Below are positions 8,179 to 17,952 of a stretch of DNA of 32,000 nt, one piece after another. Origin of the DNA: Candidatus Syntropharchaeum caldarium. GTDB lineage: Archaea > Halobacteriota > Syntropharchaeia > Syntropharchaeales > Syntropharchaeaceae. A model generated the notes under the pieces. That model searched no databases. It saw nothing but the letters and a program-made list of their open reading frames with translations, and was not told the DNA's origin. The first letter of the stretch is position 1, and each line of letters opens with the position of its first letter. A program made the position numbers and the translations under genes. The DNA is taken from contig LYOS01000001.1 in the NCBI GenBank assembly GCA_001766815.1, positions 240,001 to 272,000 of the forward strand. The letters are read 5' to 3'.

Positions 8179-10884
8179 ATGAGCGCATTGCAGCTGAAAG
8201 AACTCAATAAGATTTTTAATCCAGGTAGTATTGCCGTGATCGGTGCAAGCAATAAGAAGGGGTCTGTTGGGTACACACTCTTCAATAACTTAATCGGCGC
8301 AGGATATGAGGGGGTTGTCTATCCCGTAAACAAAAGTGCTCCAAGTGTGCAGGGTATCCACAGCTACAGGAGTGTTGATCAAATTCCGAGAAAGATCGAT
8401 CTCGCACTAATTGCCGTTCCAGCAAAGACCGTTCCTGAGGTTATGCGCGAGTGTGGTGAATCAGGTATTAGAGGGGCGATCATTATCTCTGCGGGTTTTA
8501 AAGAGATCGGAGCAAAGGGTAAAGAACTCGAAGATGAAGTCCTTGATATTGCCAGAGATTATGACATCAGGTTCATAGGTCCAAACTGTCTCGGCATCAT
8601 ACGACCAAAGATTCATCTCAATGCGAGCTTCGCCCCACTCATGCCGGATGATGGAAAAATTGCGTTCATATCTCAGAGCGGAGCATTATGTGCCGCGGTT
8701 CTCGACTGGTGTCATCATCGTGGGATCGGGTTCAGCTCATTTGTATCGGTCGGTTCGATGGCAGACATCACATTTGGAGATCTCATCGATTATTTTGGTA
8801 TGGATCCAGATACAGGCGCCATCATACTCTATATCGAAGCCCTGAAAAATGTGCGGGGCTTCATGAGTGCTGCCAGACACTTTGCAAAGACCAAGCCAAT
8901 AATTGTTGTAAAATCAGGAAGGTGTGAGCGCTCTGCAGCGGTTGCCACATCACATACAGGGGCGATGGCAGGAGATGATGATCTCTATGATGCTGCATTC
9001 AAACGTGCGGGCATCGTTCGTGTCACCAGGATCGAAGAGCTCTTTGACTGTGCCGAAGCTCTCGATTCCCAGACCAGACCCACGGGTAATCACCTCGCCA
9101 TCGTGACAAATGCGGGTGGCCCTGGAGTTATGGCTGCAGACGAGTTACTCTCACAGGGTGGTGAGCTTGCAGAGCTTTCAAATAAGACGATTGAGGCTTT
9201 AAATGCCTGTCTTCCTCCATACTGGAGTCATGGGAACCCTGTTGATATCCTGGGTGATGCGACCCCAGAACGGTACCGTGATGCAACGTCGATCACACTC
9301 AGAGATCCGAATGTGGATGGCGTTCTTCTGCTCCTGACCCCTGTCTCGATGTCCGATTCAGAGCTTACAGCGAGGTATATCGTGGATTTAAACCGTGATA
9401 TCTCTCCTGGCGATGTCTTTAAACCTCTGCTTGCCTCATGGATGGGTGAGGCGCTGGTTGAGAAGGGGCGAAAGATACTGGAGTCTGGGGGTGTCCCGAG
9501 TTTTGAGACACCTGAAAGTGCGGTTACCACATACCTCCACATGTACCAGTACACAAAGAACATCGCCTCCCTCTATGAGATGCCAGAGGACATTCTGACC
9601 GGGTTTCATCCTGCAAAAGACGAGGTTAAATCGATCTTCAGGACTCTTGCAAAAGATGGGCGTGAGCTTCTAACAGTTTACGAATCGATGAAGGTGCTTG
9701 CGGCGTATGATATACCCACAGTAAAAACCATGTTAGCGCATGATCCAGAAGAGGCTATCAAGATCGCGGATGAGATCGGCTATCCTGTGGCAATGAAGAT
9801 CGTATCCCCACAGATCACACACAAGACGGATATCGGGTGTGTTAAACTCAATATCCAGACGCAGGAAGGGGTGAGAACTGCGTTTGAAGAGATTAACCGC
9901 AATGCAGGAGAACACAATCCAGATGCAACGATTCATGGTGTTGCGATCCAGTCGATGGTAACTGGTACTGGTTACGAGGTTATTATAGGATCGAAGCGGG
10001 ATAAACTCTTTGGACCTGCCATATTATTTGGTGCAGGCGGCACGATGGTTGAGTACATCAGGGATCAAACGATCGGTTTTCCCCCTCTAAATCAGGCGCT
10101 GGCACACAGGATGATCGAGGATACAAGAATATCAAAGATTCTCAAAAATGGTTTTAGAGGAAGTCCCCCGGCAAATATCCGCCTGATCGAGGAGGCACTT
10201 GTCAAGATTTCATTCATGCTCATAGACTTTCCTGAGATCGAAGAGATGGACATAAACCCGATCCATGTCAATGATACCTCCCTTCTTGCACTTGATGCGC
10301 GAATTTTGATCAACCCTGGAAAGGTTAATATCAGTGTGCCACCTGGAAGCGATCTTATCATAAGCAGATGTCCCACCAAGTACAATCAGGAATGGACTTC
10401 ACCTGCAGGAGATAAAATTTTCTTCAGAGCTATCCGTCCCGAGGATGAACCTCTGTGGCTTGAGATGGTAAGATCCTTCTCTGATGAGACGATACGCCAG
10501 AGGTTCTTTGCTCCCCTCTCTGAGATCGATCACCACATGGTAGTTCGATACTGTCACATCGATTACGACCGCGAGATTGCGATTGCGGCGTTTGTTGAAG
10601 GAGAGGAAGGATACAGGATGGTTGGCGTGGGTCGCGTGGTCATACTCTCGGATGAAAATACAGGTGAGTTTGGTATGGCGATACGTGATGAATATCAGGA
10701 AAGAGGTATCGGCAATAAGTTAGTTGACATAATGATCGAGATTGCCAGGGATTTCAGGTTAAGGACGATTATAGGCGATGTGCTTGCCGATAATCACCGT
10801 ATGTTGAAGATCGCAGAGGATAAAGGATTCAAGATAAAACGCCATGAAGACCCCAGTTTGAGAAGGGTGGTACTTAATCTATGA
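8179..10884 (+). CDS. Pat/YfiQ-like fusion: ADP-forming acyl-CoA synthetase (CoA-binding + ligase-CoA + ATP-grasp) with C-terminal GNAT acetyltransferase
   Basis: 901 aa. N-terminal PGSIAVIGAS.K.GSVG, GPNCLGI, SQSGAL, HTGAMAG. ATP-grasp region YPVAMKIVSP.I.HKTD.G. C-terminal GNAT block Q.RGIG..L near residue 830. Confidence 0.8.
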   Translation: MSALQLKELNKIFNPGSIAVIGASNKKGSVGYTLFNNLIGAGYEGVVYPVNKSAPSVQGIHSYRSVDQIPRKIDLALIAVPAKTVPEVMRECGESGIRGAIIISAGFKEIGAKGKELEDEVLDIARDYDIRFIGPNCLGIIRPKIHLNASFAPLMPDDGKIAFISQSGALCAAVLDWCHHRGIGFSSFVSVGSMADITFGDLIDYFGMDPDTGAIILYIEALKNVRGFMSAARHFAKTKPIIVVKSGRCERSAAVATSHTGAMAGDDDLYDAAFKRAGIVRVTRIEELFDCAEALDSQTRPTGNHLAIVTNAGGPGVMAADELLSQGGELAELSNKTIEALNACLPPYWSHGNPVDILGDATPERYRDATSITLRDPNVDGVLLLLTPVSMSDSELTARYIVDLNRDISPGDVFKPLLASWMGEALVEKGRKILESGGVPSFETPESAVTTYLHMYQYTKNIASLYEMPEDILTGFHPAKDEVKSIFRTLAKDGRELLTVYESMKVLAAYDIPTVKTMLAHDPEEAIKIADEIGYPVAMKIVSPQITHKTDIGCVKLNIQTQEGVRTAFEEINRNAGEHNPDATIHGVAIQSMVTGTGYEVIIGSKRDKLFGPAILFGAGGTMVEYIRDQTIGFPPLNQALAHRMIEDTRISKILKNGFRGSPPANIRLIEEALVKISFMLIDFPEIEEMDINPIHVNDTSLLALDARILINPGKVNISVPPGSDLIISRCPTKYNQEWTSPAGDKIFFRAIRPEDEPLWLEMVRSFSDETIRQRFFAPLSEIDHHMVVRYCHIDYDREIAIAAFVEGEEGYRMVGVGRVVILSDENTGEFGMAIRDEYQERGIGNKLVDIMIEIARDFRLRTIIGDVLADNHRMLKIAEDKGFKIKRHEDPSLRRVVLNL

Positions 10885-13241
10885 AAGATGATAGCGGAGA
10901 ATCTGAAGCTTCAGTGACTGGATTATCTGAGGATGAAGCTGCAAAGCGAATCGAGAAGTTCGGGTACAATGAGATACCTGAAAAGAAGGTGCACCCACTT
11001 TTGAAGTTTCTTTCTTACTTCTGGGGGCCAATCGCATGGATGATAGAGATTGCTGCAATTCTCTCGGCTATAATCGGCGACTGGACAGATTTTGTGATAA
11101 TCCTTGTGCTTCTCCTTCTAAATGGAGTCGTGGGGTTTTGGGAGGAGCATAAAGCTGAGAATGTCGTCGCACTTTTGAAACAGAAGTTAGCGATTCGATC
11201 CATGGTATTGAGAGATGGTAAGTGGCGAGATATTCCTGCAAGGGAGCTTGTACCAGGGGATATTGTCAGGGTAAAGATTGGAGAGATCATACCCGCCGAT
11301 CTCAAACTCATCGAGGGTGGATATCTCACTGTTGATGAGTCAGCCCTGACCGGTGAATCGCTCCCAGTTGAAAAGAGGGCTGGTGATATCGCATATTCAG
11401 GTTCGGTTGTTACAAGAGGGGAAATGTTAGCTGTTGTTACAGCCACAGGATCTGATACATTCTTTGGAAGGACGGTTCAGCTCGTGGAAGAGGCGGGAAC
11501 GGTGAGTTCATTCCAGAAGATGGTAATAAAAGTCGGAGATTACCTCATCATCATGGCGCTGATCCTGATCTCCTTCACATTCATTGTTGCAATCTATCGT
11601 GGGGAGAGCCTGCTTGAAATGGCAACATTCGCACTTGTTCTGATGGTTGCAGCGATTCCCGCAGCACTGCCCGCGGTTTTATCGATAACGATGGCCGTTG
11701 GCGCCCTCAACCTCGCAAGAAAAAGTGCCGTTGTGACAAAACTCGTCTCGATAGAGGAGCTTGCAGGGGTTGATGTTCTCTGTGCCGATAAGACCGGGAC
11801 GCTCACGATGAATCAGCTAACCACCGGGGATCCTGTAACCTTCAACGGCTACACAGATGAAGAACTCGCGCTCTATGCAGCCCTTGCCTCAGAAGGAGAG
11901 GATGCGATAGATAAGGCGATTCTAAAGCTTGTGGATGAGCTGAAAGTGGAAGATAAAGTCAAAGAGTACAGGCAGGTATCTTTTACCCCGTTTGATCCTG
12001 TGATAAAAAGAACAGAGGCAGAGGTATCAGATGGTGAAGATTTTAAGGTCACAAAAGGTGCTCCACAGGTGATTATTGGATTGTGCGGGGGTAATTTAGA
12101 GGCTGAGAGGGTGGTTGAGGATTTTGCAGCAGAAGGATACAGGTCGATCGCTGTTGCAAGAACTAAAGAGGGTAAATGGGAGCTTGTTGGGATCATACCG
12201 CTATTTGATCCTCCGAGACCAGATGCACCCTCTGCGATCGAAGAGATCAAGGATCTCGGCGTTAAAGTCAAGATGTTGACAGGAGATAACATTGCCATCG
12301 CAAGACACATCGCAGAAATTCTCAATCTCGGTAGAAATATACTCCCGATAAGGGATATCCTGAAGTTAAAGCGGGAGGCAGAGGTTGAACACTTGATAGA
12401 GGAGGCTGATGGCTTTTCAGAGGTCTTTCCTGAGCACAAATACCGCATAGTTGGTTATCTCCAGAAGCGCGGACATCTTGTTGGGATGACAGGAGATGGA
12501 GTCAATGATGCCCCTGCACTCAAGCGGGCAGACTGTGGTATCGCGGTCGCAGGGGCAACAGATGCTGCAAGAGCCGCTGCAGGGGTTGTATCACTTGAAC
12601 CAGGGATCTCGATCATCAGGGACGCGATAGAAGAGGCAAGAAGAATCTTTCAGCGTATGGAAAGCTATGTCATCTACAGGATCACCGAGACAATACGGGT
12701 ACTCTTCTTCATCGTATTTGCGATACTCATCTTCAACTTCTATCCGATAACAGCCCTGATGATCGTGCTTCTTGCCGTCCTGAACGATGCCCCGATACTC
12801 GCGATCGCGTACGATAACGTGAAAAAGCTCAAAGAACCCGCACGATGGGACCTTGAGAAGATAATCCTGCTCTCAACGCTTCTCGGGTTTGTAGGTGTTA
12901 TAAGCTCATTTCTGCTGTTTTATATCGGCGACAAGATCTTACTTTTAGGAAGGCCAGAGCTCCAGTCATTCATATTCCTGAAGCTTGCGGTTGCAGGGCA
13001 TCTGACGATATTTGTGACGAGAAAAAGGGATCGGCTCTGGAAAAAACCATATCCCGGTGGTATCCTCTTCTGGTCTGCCATTGCAACGAAAATTCTTGCA
13101 ACGCTCATCGTCGTTTACGGGATACTTGTAACCCCGATTGGATGGAAATTAGCGGGGCTTATCTGGGGATATGCCATTGTATGGATGCTCATCGCAGATC
13201 AGGCAAAGATGATGGCTATACGAAGACTTGGGGAGTTTTAG
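10881..13241 (+). CDS. P-type ATPase, type IIIA plasma-membrane H+-ATPase-like
   Basis: TGES, CADKTGTLT, MLTGDN and GMTGDGVNDAPALKRADCGIAV motifs. N-terminal GLSEDEAAKRIEKFGYNEI and RIFQRMESYVIYRI closely resemble plant and fungal H+-ATPases. The start overlaps the upstream stop (ATGA). Confidence 0.85.
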   Translation: MKDDSGESEASVTGLSEDEAAKRIEKFGYNEIPEKKVHPLLKFLSYFWGPIAWMIEIAAILSAIIGDWTDFVIILVLLLLNGVVGFWEEHKAENVVALLKQKLAIRSMVLRDGKWRDIPARELVPGDIVRVKIGEIIPADLKLIEGGYLTVDESALTGESLPVEKRAGDIAYSGSVVTRGEMLAVVTATGSDTFFGRTVQLVEEAGTVSSFQKMVIKVGDYLIIMALILISFTFIVAIYRGESLLEMATFALVLMVAAIPAALPAVLSITMAVGALNLARKSAVVTKLVSIEELAGVDVLCADKTGTLTMNQLTTGDPVTFNGYTDEELALYAALASEGEDAIDKAILKLVDELKVEDKVKEYRQVSFTPFDPVIKRTEAEVSDGEDFKVTKGAPQVIIGLCGGNLEAERVVEDFAAEGYRSIAVARTKEGKWELVGIIPLFDPPRPDAPSAIEEIKDLGVKVKMLTGDNIAIARHIAEILNLGRNILPIRDILKLKREAEVEHLIEEADGFSEVFPEHKYRIVGYLQKRGHLVGMTGDGVNDAPALKRADCGIAVAGATDAARAAAGVVSLEPGISIIRDAIEEARRIFQRMESYVIYRITETIRVLFFIVFAILIFNFYPITALMIVLLAVLNDAPILAIAYDNVKKLKEPARWDLEKIILLSTLLGFVGVISSFLLFYIGDKILLLGRPELQSFIFLKLAVAGHLTIFVTRKRDRLWKKPYPGGILFWSAIATKILATLIVVYGILVTPIGWKLAGLIWGYAIVWMLIADQAKMMAIRRLGEF

Positions 13242-13299
13242 GGTGAAAAGTCAAAAGATATTTAAGTGTGGGCACACATCCCTCTACAGGTGAGGAATT

Positions 13300-14217
13300 A
13301 TGGGCAAGGTAACATCATTTCTTCTCGTACTGCTTGTTATATCCGTTGGATTCAATATTTATCTGGTTCAGAATCAAAATAGTGATACAATTTCGGCCCT
13401 CCAGGATCGGATAACCTCACTTGAAGAACAGAACAGACACCTCACAATGGAGCTTTATCAGACCAACCTCTCACTCCAGCAAGCAAGAAGACAGCTTTCA
13501 TTCTACAGAGATGAGATTGCAGAGCTTAAGAGTAAGATAAGCGCTAACAATGTCCCAGGTGAGGTGGGCACAGCGAGGCTTGATGCTCCAGCTGTGCTGC
13601 GCAGGGTTGAGTACAGCGGCGAGTTTCCATTTATGACCCAGCAGATAATTGAAGAAGGGACAATGATGGAGGTTACTGTTGAAATCAAGCCAGGTAAGGG
13701 GCGTGTGCTTGTTGAGACAGAACCGCTCATGGGTGTTGTATTTCAGGATGCAGCAAACAACGCAGTTGCCGCAGCCGAGAACTATCTCGGGTGTGATCTA
13801 TCAGGGAGCGATGTGATCTTCTCGGTTGAGGCAGAGGCAGAGGTCCCTGAGGTTGATGGTCCAAGTGCTGGTGCGCTCATGACAACACTTGTCGTAGCTG
13901 CAGTTGAGAACATCACACTCCCTGAGGATATCACGATGACAGGGACGATAAGCCCCGATGGACATGTTGGTGAGATCGGCGGCGTCATAGAAAAGGCTAA
14001 AGCCTCAAAAGCGGCTGGAAAGCGCATCCTGATGCTGCCAGAGGAGAATGCTCACATTGTGAGGTATGAAGCGGTCAAAAAGCAGTATGGTGGACTCACG
14101 GTTATCACACAGAAGCCTGTAATCATTGACACAGAGGAATACATCGAGGAGAATGTTGGGATTGATGTTGTGTATGTGGACTCGCTAAAAGAGATCTTTG
14201 ATGTTATAAATGGGTGA
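13300..14217 (+). CDS. membrane-anchored S16 (Lon C-terminal domain) serine peptidase without an AAA+ module
   Basis: N-terminal TM helix (FLLVLLVISVGFNIYLV), a coiled-coil stretch, then a Lon proteolytic domain with DGPSAGA (Ser) and GGVIEKAKASKAAG (Lys). Confidence 0.75.
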   Translation: MGKVTSFLLVLLVISVGFNIYLVQNQNSDTISALQDRITSLEEQNRHLTMELYQTNLSLQQARRQLSFYRDEIAELKSKISANNVPGEVGTARLDAPAVLRRVEYSGEFPFMTQQIIEEGTMMEVTVEIKPGKGRVLVETEPLMGVVFQDAANNAVAAAENYLGCDLSGSDVIFSVEAEAEVPEVDGPSAGALMTTLVVAAVENITLPEDITMTGTISPDGHVGEIGGVIEKAKASKAAGKRILMLPEENAHIVRYEAVKKQYGGLTVITQKPVIIDTEEYIEENVGIDVVYVDSLKEIFDVING

Positions 14218-14256
14218 ACGTCTTCATAGTATCTTCATAACTCATCGGTATACGCG

Positions 14257-14284
14257 ACTTTATAAATATCCCTGCACTTTATAA
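14257..14284 (+). promoter_or_regulatory. two tandem TATA-like boxes (ACTTTATAA at 14257 and 14276) upstream of ilvC
   Basis: A 9-mer is repeated 19 nt apart. The second copy lies about 30-37 nt before the ATG at 14313, and GAGGTGA precedes the start. Confidence 0.35.
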
Positions 14285-14312
14285 CATGACAAAAACGCCT
14301 GAGGTGAACTGA

Positions 14313-15293
14313 ATGGTTACAATATATTATGATAAGGATGTCACGGTCGATGTGCTTAATGATAAAAGAATTGCAGTCATCGGCTACGGAAGTCAGGGGA
14401 GTGCCCAGGCACAGAACCTGAAGGATAGTGGTTTTGATGTTGTTGTTGGACTCAGGAAAGGTAGATCATGGGATCGGGCAGTGGAAGATGGTATGAAGGT
14501 TATGTCGGTTGCAGAAGCTGCTGCATCGGCCGATATCATCCATATTCTCGTGCCTGATCAGGATCAGCCCGCGGTTTACACAGAGTCCGTACTACCAAAT
14601 CTTAACAAAGGAAACGCACTCGGATTCTCTCATGGATTCAATATCCATTTTGGACAGATAACAGCACCGGAGGGTGTGGATGTCTTCATGGTTGCCCCAA
14701 AGAGTCCTGGGCATCTTGTGAGAAGAATGTACCTGCTTGGGCAGGGAGTACCCGCACTCATCGCTGTATACAAAGACGCTACAGGCAAAGCAAAAGATAT
14801 CGGGCTTGCATTTGCAAAGGGAATAGGATCAACGCGTGCAGGCGTGATCGAGACGACATTTGAGGAGGAGACGGTTACAGACCTATTCGGGGAGCAGGTT
14901 GATCTCTGTGGGGGTGTAACAGCGATGATAAAGGCCGCGTTCGAGATCCTTGTGGAGGCGGGATACCAGCCAGAGATCGCATACTTCGAGGCACTGCATG
15001 AACTCAAGCTGATCGTTGATCTGATACAGGAAGGGGGGCTTTCGAAGATGTGGGACTCGGTATCTGACACGGCAGAATATGGCGGACTCACCAGGGGCGA
15101 TCGTGTGATAAACCGTGATGAGATGTATATGATCCTTGAGGAGATTCAGTCGGGTGTTTTTGCACGGGAGTGGTTGCTTGAGAATCAGGCAAAGCGCCCT
15201 GTTTACAATGCCTTAAGGACGCGCGATAAGAACCATGAGATTGAGAGGGTTGGCGCAAAGCTTCGGGCGATGATGGACTGGCTGGACGAGTGA
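14313..15293 (+). CDS. ilvC: ketol-acid reductoisomerase
   Basis: [20 protein letters not shown]-terminus, [35 protein letters not shown]. Confidence 0.92.
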   Translation: MVTIYYDKDVTVDVLNDKRIAVIGYGSQGSAQAQNLKDSGFDVVVGLRKGRSWDRAVEDGMKVMSVAEAAASADIIHILVPDQDQPAVYTESVLPNLNKGNALGFSHGFNIHFGQITAPEGVDVFMVAPKSPGHLVRRMYLLGQGVPALIAVYKDATGKAKDIGLAFAKGIGSTRAGVIETTFEEETVTDLFGEQVDLCGGVTAMIKAAFEILVEAGYQPEIAYFEALHELKLIVDLIQEGGLSKMWDSVSDTAEYGGLTRGDRVINRDEMYMILEEIQSGVFAREWLLENQAKRPVYNALRTRDKNHEIERVGAKLRAMMDWLDE

Positions 15294-15296
15294 TAA

Positions 15297-16496
15297 GTGA
15301 AGACGATACGGGATCCTCTACACGGCTCTATTGAGCTTGATCCGCTGGTGCTTGAGCTACTTGATACACCAGAGATGCAGCGGCTCAGGCGGATACGGCA
15401 GCTTGGGTTCTCACATCTTGTATATCCAGGTGCAAATCACACGCGATTTGAGCACTCACTTGGTGTCTATCACCTTGCAAAGCGTGTACTCGGTCTCATG
15501 GGTATCGAGGATCCCACTTTTGAAGCTTCAAGCCTCATCCATGATATCGGGCATGCACCGTTCTCACACGTTAGTGAGGAATTGATGCAGCGATATCTGG
15601 GTTATGGACATCAGAAAATCGGTGATATAATTAAGAAAAGTGAGATAGGCGATATTTTATCCCGTAACTCGATAAGCGTTGGTGAGATCCTTAAATATAT
15701 CGATGGTAAGTCGCCGATTGGAAGAATCCTGAGCAGCGAGATTGATATCGATAAGATGGACTACATTCTCAGGGATTCATACTATACAGGCGCAGCATTC
15801 GGTCTTGTTGACTGTGAGCGGTTGATCCGTGTGATTAAGATACATAATGATGAGCCTGTGATCGAGCTTCGGGGGTTGCAGGTTGCTGAGTCGCTGCTTG
15901 TCACGAGATTTCTCATGTACTCTGCAGTCTATCACCACCATGTATCGCGTATCGCAGGATCGATGTTTTTGAAAGGGTTGTTGGATCTCATCGAGTCGGG
16001 CAAGCTCAATGCGCAACAGATGGCAAGGATGGATGAACCTGAGATTGAGATATTTATGCAGGATGCAGGTGGGTATCCTTCATGGATCATCGAGTCGCTG
16101 AAGAATCGGAGGCTATTCAAACGTGCAATCTACACAGGAGTGGAGAGCTTCGAACGAGGTAAGCGGATACTTGATCTTCGTGGAAAAGAACGGCGCCTTG
16201 AGGAAGAGATAGGATCTAAGGCAGGTATTGATCCTGAATACATCATCCTTGACATTCCGAGCCTGCCTGAGATCAGTGAGCAGGATGCAAGGATTCTGAT
16301 GGAAAGGGGGGAGGTTAAATATCTCTTTGAGGTATCAAATATTGTGCGGGTTCTAACAAGTGCTGTATGGGATAAATGGCGGCTTGGGGTTTATACACGA
16401 GAGGAGAACCTGGATGCAGTTGCAAAAGCCGCGAAAGATGTGCTTGGCATCAGTACGGGGATGCGGCAGAATGCACTTGATGTTTATATCGATTGA
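15297..16496 (+). CDS. HD-domain phosphohydrolase (COG1078 / dNTP triphosphohydrolase-like)
   Basis: GTG start 3 nt after the ilvC stop. RLRRIRQLG, NHTRFEHSLGV, HDIGH.PFSH and DKMDYILRDSYYTG motifs. Confidence 0.8.
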   Translation: MKTIRDPLHGSIELDPLVLELLDTPEMQRLRRIRQLGFSHLVYPGANHTRFEHSLGVYHLAKRVLGLMGIEDPTFEASSLIHDIGHAPFSHVSEELMQRYLGYGHQKIGDIIKKSEIGDILSRNSISVGEILKYIDGKSPIGRILSSEIDIDKMDYILRDSYYTGAAFGLVDCERLIRVIKIHNDEPVIELRGLQVAESLLVTRFLMYSAVYHHHVSRIAGSMFLKGLLDLIESGKLNAQQMARMDEPEIEIFMQDAGGYPSWIIESLKNRRLFKRAIYTGVESFERGKRILDLRGKERRLEEEIGSKAGIDPEYIILDIPSLPEISEQDARILMERGEVKYLFEVSNIVRVLTSAVWDKWRLGVYTREENLDAVAKAAKDVLGISTGMRQNALDVYID

Positions 16497-16514
16497 TTTC
16501 TGGAGTGGTGATAC

Positions 16515-17804
16515 TTGAAGATCGATCCATGGGGTTCTGTCAGGATTGAGGATTATTCAAAGCTCTTTGATGAGTTCGGGATAGCGCGGTTTGAGGGAAT
16601 GCTCAGGAAGCTTCCAGATGCCCACAGGCTCATGCGAAGAAAGGTGATATTTGGACATCGTGGTTATGAGATGATCGTGGATGCCATCGTAAGAGGTGAG
16701 CCTTTTGCGGTCATGAGTGGGTTTATGCCCTCCGGTAAGGTCCACCTTGGCGGAAAGATGGTGATGGAGGAGATAATCTACCATCAGCAGATGGGGGGTG
16801 ATGCTTTTGTTGCGATCGCTGATATGGAGGCCCACTCAGTGAGAGGGATTTCATGGCGAGACTGTGAACGGCTCGGGGTTGAAGAGTACATCCTGAGCTT
16901 AATCGCACTTGGATTTAAGCCTGAAGGCCACATCTACTTCCAGTCAAAGTCCAGAACAATCCAGGATCTTCTATTTGAGCTTGGATGTGGGGTCAACTTC
17001 ACAGAACTTTCAGCAATCTATGGTCTAAAGAGTGATACAAAGATCTCACATCTTACGAGTGTTCTTGCACAGAGTGCTGACATCCTGCAGCCCCAGCTTG
17101 AGGAATTTGGAGGTCCAAAGCCGACTGTGATCCCTGTTGGAGCAGATCAGGATCCACACATCAGACTTGCAAGGGATGTGGCAAACAGGATGCGGATGTT
17201 CTTTGTCGAGGCACGGGAGGGTTATATCAGCATCAGGGGGAAAGACATCGATAAAAAGATGCTGGAAAAACTTGAACAGATGTTTGATTGTAAAAGTAAG
17301 TTATATGAGGCGCATCTTGATCTCTACGGAGATTACACGCTCGATGAGGTCGATCGGATCGTTAGAGAGTTTGAGATTAAACTCGGCGGCTATGGCTTCA
17401 TCCCGCCTGCTTCAACCTACCACAGGTTCATGAGCGGGCTTACAGGGGGGAAGATGTCATCAAGTATCCCAGAGAGTTTCATCGCACTCACAGAGCCCCC
17501 TGAGTCTGCAGCCAGGAAAGTCATGCGTGCAAAGACCGGTGGCAGGGTAACACTCAAAGAACAGCAGGAGCTTGGCGGAATCCCTGAGGACTGTTCAGTC
17601 TATGATCTCCTGCTATTCCATCTTGTGGAGGATGATCATGAGGTTGAGGAGATCTACAGAGAATGTGTGAATGGTAAACGAAGCTGCGGCACGTGTAAGA
17701 AGCTTGCAGCAGAGCTTATAACCGGGTTTTTGAAGGATCATCAGGATCGGCGGGAGGATGCAAGGTTGAGATTGAAGGAGTATGAGGTTGTTGGGGTGAT
17801 TTAA
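16515..17804 (+). CDS. trpS: tryptophan--tRNA ligase, archaeal/eukaryal type, with an internal insertion and a C-terminal Cys motif
   Basis: TTG start. DPWG...DY.KL...FG N-terminus, a HIGH-like [29 protein letters not shown]. 429 aa. Confidence 0.85.
   Translation: MKIDPWGSVRIEDYSKLFDEFGIARFEGMLRKLPDAHRLMRRKVIFGHRGYEMIVDAIVRGEPFAVMSGFMPSGKVHLGGKMVMEEIIYHQQMGGDAFVAIADMEAHSVRGISWRDCERLGVEEYILSLIALGFKPEGHIYFQSKSRTIQDLLFELGCGVNFTELSAIYGLKSDTKISHLTSVLAQSADILQPQLEEFGGPKPTVIPVGADQDPHIRLARDVANRMRMFFVEAREGYISIRGKDIDKKMLEKLEQMFDCKSKLYEAHLDLYGDYTLDEVDRIVREFEIKLGGYGFIPPASTYHRFMSGLTGGKMSSSIPESFIALTEPPESAARKVMRAKTGGRVTLKEQQELGGIPEDCSVYDLLLFHLVEDDHEVEEIYRECVNGKRSCGTCKKLAAELITGFLKDHQDRREDARLRLKEYEVVGVI
17685..17795 (+). 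repeat. left copy of a 111-bp direct repeat (codons 391-427 of trpS)
   Basis: Aligned by hand to 18681-18791: 106/111 identical, in the same reading frame. The 5 differences are 4 synonymous changes and 1 Glu->Asp. Confidence 0.95.
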
Positions 17805-17921
17805 TTCACCAAATAAGTTCAGCAAAAGCTTTTACAAGTATTCGTTGCTCTGAGAGAAACATTCTACAAAGTGGCTCATTTCCCATCACTTTATAAAACA
17901 CCTGTCAAGTATATGTGATTA

Positions 17922-17929
17922 TTTATATA
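17922..17929 (+). promoter_or_regulatory. TATA-like box (TTTATATA) upstream of the orphan insertion gene
   Basis: Located 24-31 nt upstream of the ATG at 17953, spacing consistent with a leaderless or short-leader archaeal transcript. Confidence 0.3.
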
Positions 17930-17952
17930 CTATACGGGAGATCTTTTACACG

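Noticed and set aside
11015-12448. Minus-strand ORFs of 143, 70 and 191 aa inside the P-type ATPase gene.
   Set aside because: These are antisense to a confidently identified CDS and have Ser/Ala/Thr-rich compositions typical of shadow frames.
14630-15091. 153-aa minus-strand ORF inside ilvC.
   Set aside because: Antisense shadow of a highly conserved enzyme gene.
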